From the NCBI GenBank assembly GCA_964566035.1, contig CAZMHH010000007.1, positions 4,803 to 68,802 on the forward strand: a stretch of DNA of 64,000 nucleotides. The letters run 5' to 3'. Both the position numbers and the translations under genes were made by a program. The DNA comes from an uncultured Thermodesulfobacteriota bacterium (GTDB lineage: Bacteria > Desulfobacterota > WTBG01 > CAIYCZ01 > CAIRTM01). The notes under the pieces were generated by a model. That model was given only the letters and a program-made list of their open reading frames with translations. It had not been told where the DNA came from and did no database searches. Of the stretch, positions 61,679-64,000 are shown piece by piece (position 1 is the first letter of the stretch; every line of letters starts with the position of its first letter).

Positions 61679-62455
61679 ATGAAAAAACTAACCATTGCAG
61701 GCGTTGAATTTAAGTCAAGACTTTTTATAGGAACAGGCAAATACCCTTCTCCTTCAGTTCTTGCCAAGTCTCTTGAGGCATCAGGCTCAGAGCTTGTTAC
61801 AGTTGCCTTGAGACGAGTGGATCTGCAAGACAGGGAAGACCCTACACTTTCTGCAATAGATTTCAACATGTATCATGTTGTGCCAAACACATCAGGCGCA
61901 AAGGACGCTGATGAGGCTGTAAGGCTCGCCATGCTTGCAAGGGCTGCTTCAGGGTTAAACTGGATAAAACTTGAAGTAACCCCGGATCCGGTTTACCTTA
62001 TGCCTGATCCCTATGAGACATTAAAGGCAGCAGAAAGGCTTGTCAGGGAGGGTTTTGTTGTTCTTCCCTATATTCACGCAGACCCTGTTCTTGCCAAGCG
62101 TCTTGAGGATGCAGGATGTGCCGCTGTGATGCCGCTTGGTTCTCCTATCGGCTCTGCGCGGGGTATTAAGACAGTTGATTTTATCGATATTATTATTCAA
62201 CAGGCAAAAGTTCCTGTTGTTGTTGATGCGGGCATAGGACTTCCTTCCCATGCAGCCCAGGCAATAGAGCTTGGGGCTGATGCAGTTCTTGTCAATACTG
62301 CCATTGCTGTTGCAGGCGACCCGGTAAAAATGGCATATTCCTTCAAGCTGGCTGTGGATGCAGCAGTAGCGGCAGTAGAGGCTGAACCTGTTGACATGAA
62401 GATAACCGCATCTGCATCAAGTCCATTAACCGGTTTTCTTGACAAGGATGTATAA
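61679..62455 (+). CDS. thiG: thiazole synthase
   Basis: '[12 protein letters not shown]' and a TIM-barrel lysine region. Canonical ThiG length. Confidence 0.9.
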   Translation: MKKLTIAGVEFKSRLFIGTGKYPSPSVLAKSLEASGSELVTVALRRVDLQDREDPTLSAIDFNMYHVVPNTSGAKDADEAVRLAMLARAASGLNWIKLEVTPDPVYLMPDPYETLKAAERLVREGFVVLPYIHADPVLAKRLEDAGCAAVMPLGSPIGSARGIKTVDFIDIIIQQAKVPVVVDAGIGLPSHAAQAIELGADAVLVNTAIAVAGDPVKMAYSFKLAVDAAVAAVEAEPVDMKITASASSPLTGFLDKDV

Positions 62456-63600
62456 TGAGTTTTGCAGATGAACTTAAAAGTATTGACCTTACCAAAATCA
62501 GGGCATTAACAGAAAGCTTTACTGATTATGATGTAAAAAAGGTTCTGTCTAAAAAGAGCTATACGGTGAAAGATCTCCCTGCTCTGATCTCACCTGCTGC
62601 CTCAGGATATATCGAAGAGATGGCACAGCATTCAAAAAAAAACACGCTGCTTCGGTTCGGGCGGATTGTAAAACTCTATGCTCCGCTTTATATCTCAAAT
62701 GAATGTATTAACAGATGTGCTTATTGCGGTTTTAATGCTGACAACAAACTGGAGAGAAAAACACTTGAAAAACAGGAGGTGCTTAAGGAAGCTGAAATGC
62801 TGAGCCTGCAGGGGTTCAGGCATATACTTCTTGTATCAGGGGAAAGCCCAAAGCATGTCCCGCTTGAATATCTTGAGGAAATATCACTGGAACTTCAGAA
62901 GATGTTTTCAGCTGTGTCCATTGAGGTCTATCCGCTGGATGAACCCGCATACAGAAGACTTCTTAAAAGCGGGGTTACAGGCATTGCAATCTATCAGGAA
63001 ACATACAGCAAAGAGATGTATAAAAAATTTCATAGCGGGCCAAAAGCTGATTTTGACTTCCGTTTAATAACACCTGAAAATGCTGGAAAAGCCGGGTTCA
63101 GGGAGATTGGCATCGGAGCGCTTATGGGGCTTAATGATTTCAGAACAGAGGTTGTCTGTATAGGGCTGCATGCTGAATATTTAATGAAAAATTTCTGGAA
63201 AGCTCAAATTGCCATATCCTTTCCAAGAATCAGGGCATCGGCTGGAAATTTTGTTCCGGATTCAGTTGTATCAGATTCAAATCTTGCGCAGGCTATGTTT
63301 GCCCTGCGCATGGTATTGCCGGATGCTGATCTGGTGTTGTCAACAAGAGAAAATCCCCGTTTCAGGGATGCAATGGCTGGAATTGCCATAACACGGATGA
63401 GCGCTGGGTCTAAAACAAATCCTGGAGGCTACTGTTTTGATGAAGGATCGCTGAAACAGTTTGAGATTGCAGACGAAAGATCCCCTGAAGAGATAGCCCG
63501 CATGCTTTGTAATAAAGGGCTTGAGCCGGTCTGGAAAGATTTTGATACAGCGTTTATATCTTGTGCCGGGTCGGTAAACGGCGGACAGAATTCTGCTTAA
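62455..63600 (+). CDS. thiH: 2-iminoacetate synthase (tyrosine lyase), radical SAM
   Basis: '[10 protein letters not shown]' radical-SAM motif and ThiH-like N-terminus. Overlaps the thiG stop. Confidence 0.85.
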   Translation: MSFADELKSIDLTKIRALTESFTDYDVKKVLSKKSYTVKDLPALISPAASGYIEEMAQHSKKNTLLRFGRIVKLYAPLYISNECINRCAYCGFNADNKLERKTLEKQEVLKEAEMLSLQGFRHILLVSGESPKHVPLEYLEEISLELQKMFSAVSIEVYPLDEPAYRRLLKSGVTGIAIYQETYSKEMYKKFHSGPKADFDFRLITPENAGKAGFREIGIGALMGLNDFRTEVVCIGLHAEYLMKNFWKAQIAISFPRIRASAGNFVPDSVVSDSNLAQAMFALRMVLPDADLVLSTRENPRFRDAMAGIAITRMSAGSKTNPGGYCFDEGSLKQFEIADERSPEEIARMLCNKGLEPVWKDFDTAFISCAGSVNGGQNSA

Positions 63601-63636
63601 AAAAAGATTATGGGTCCAAAGACTGAGTTAATAAAA

Positions 63637-63672
63637 ACAGGCTCTCCATCTAAAAAGGAGAGCCTGTTTCAT
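63637..63672 (+). terminator. intrinsic terminator candidate after thiH
   Basis: Perfect 11-bp stem 'acaggctctcc' / 'ggagagcctgt' with a 9-nt loop, followed by 'ttcat'. The T-tract is weak. Confidence 0.5.
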
Positions 63673-64000
63673 ATCCCATTAGAAAATAAAAAAATATTAT
63701 TGTCAAAATGTATCATAATTTCTGTGCTGAAAAGTATTCATCCGGTATGCAGTTCATGTAATAACTGAACCCCATAATTGTATCCGGTGGGGCAGGGGCA
63801 AGACTTCATACCTAAGCGAAAGGGATCGTCATTAAAAACAATTATGTTCATCTGACAGTGACGGAAGGGACTCTGAGGAGTCAGGAATATTTTTTGTAGC
63901 TTAGATATTTGAAAACCCTGTTTTCTGACTCCTGAACACCATTTTTTCTCTTTTATTCCTCAGTCTCTTCTTCATCAGCACAGTTCTCTGCATCAGAGAG

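Overview
This window is a ~64 kb chromosomal stretch from a low-GC (~40% GC) anaerobic bacterium. The gene content suggests a Desulfobacterales-type deltaproteobacterium, but that is only an inference. Coding density is high, with about 60 genes, and almost all domain calls come from motifs read directly in the six-frame translations.

Gene blocks:
- (i) A J-domain protein, a Zn-ribbon protein, a YdjC/HpnK-like deacetylase and a GT4 glycosyltransferase.
- (ii) A minus-strand tetR-mfp-rnd-omf RND efflux operon.
- (iii) A CaCA exchanger, then the classical xseA / xseB-ispA-dxs-tlyA block.
- (iv) A GT4 and a UDP-sugar dehydrogenase pair.
- (v) A prepilin-type protein translationally coupled to a HAMP-domain membrane protein.
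- (vi) A corrinoid-dependent quaternary-amine methyltransferase locus. It has two MttB-superfamily paralogs without in-frame amber codons, a pterin-binding MtgA-like methyltransferase, a B12-binding corrinoid protein, a stand-alone MetH-activation-domain-like protein and an OpuC-type ABC importer. Embedded in it are atypical accessory genes: a SAM methyltransferase, ProA, a GCS2-like ligase and a DUF362 Fe-S protein. This is the most system-like candidate for something new.
- (vii) A crtI-like desaturase and a TspO-like protein, a TPR lipoprotein, a cNMP-binding/FHA fusion protein, and two NAD(P) oxidoreductases.
- (viii) A sulfur amino acid island: metY, MOSC, two trans-sulfuration PLP enzymes, an Fe-S-type Rrf2 regulator, cysK, an orphan Cys-rich sensor kinase, metX and metW. 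Upstream of metY sits a degenerate duplicate of the rrf2 promoter and 5' end.
- (ix) A sulfur-relay and thiamine island: mnmA, bioB-like, a LarE-like PP-loop ATPase, a cysteine desulfurase, thiF, a frameshifted TusA-like gene, nadA, thiE-like and thiS-thiG-thiH.

Several dispersed repeat families occupy intergenic regions. One has two near-identical ~125 bp copies, one of which separates metX from metW. No rRNA, tRNA or CRISPR array was recognised.
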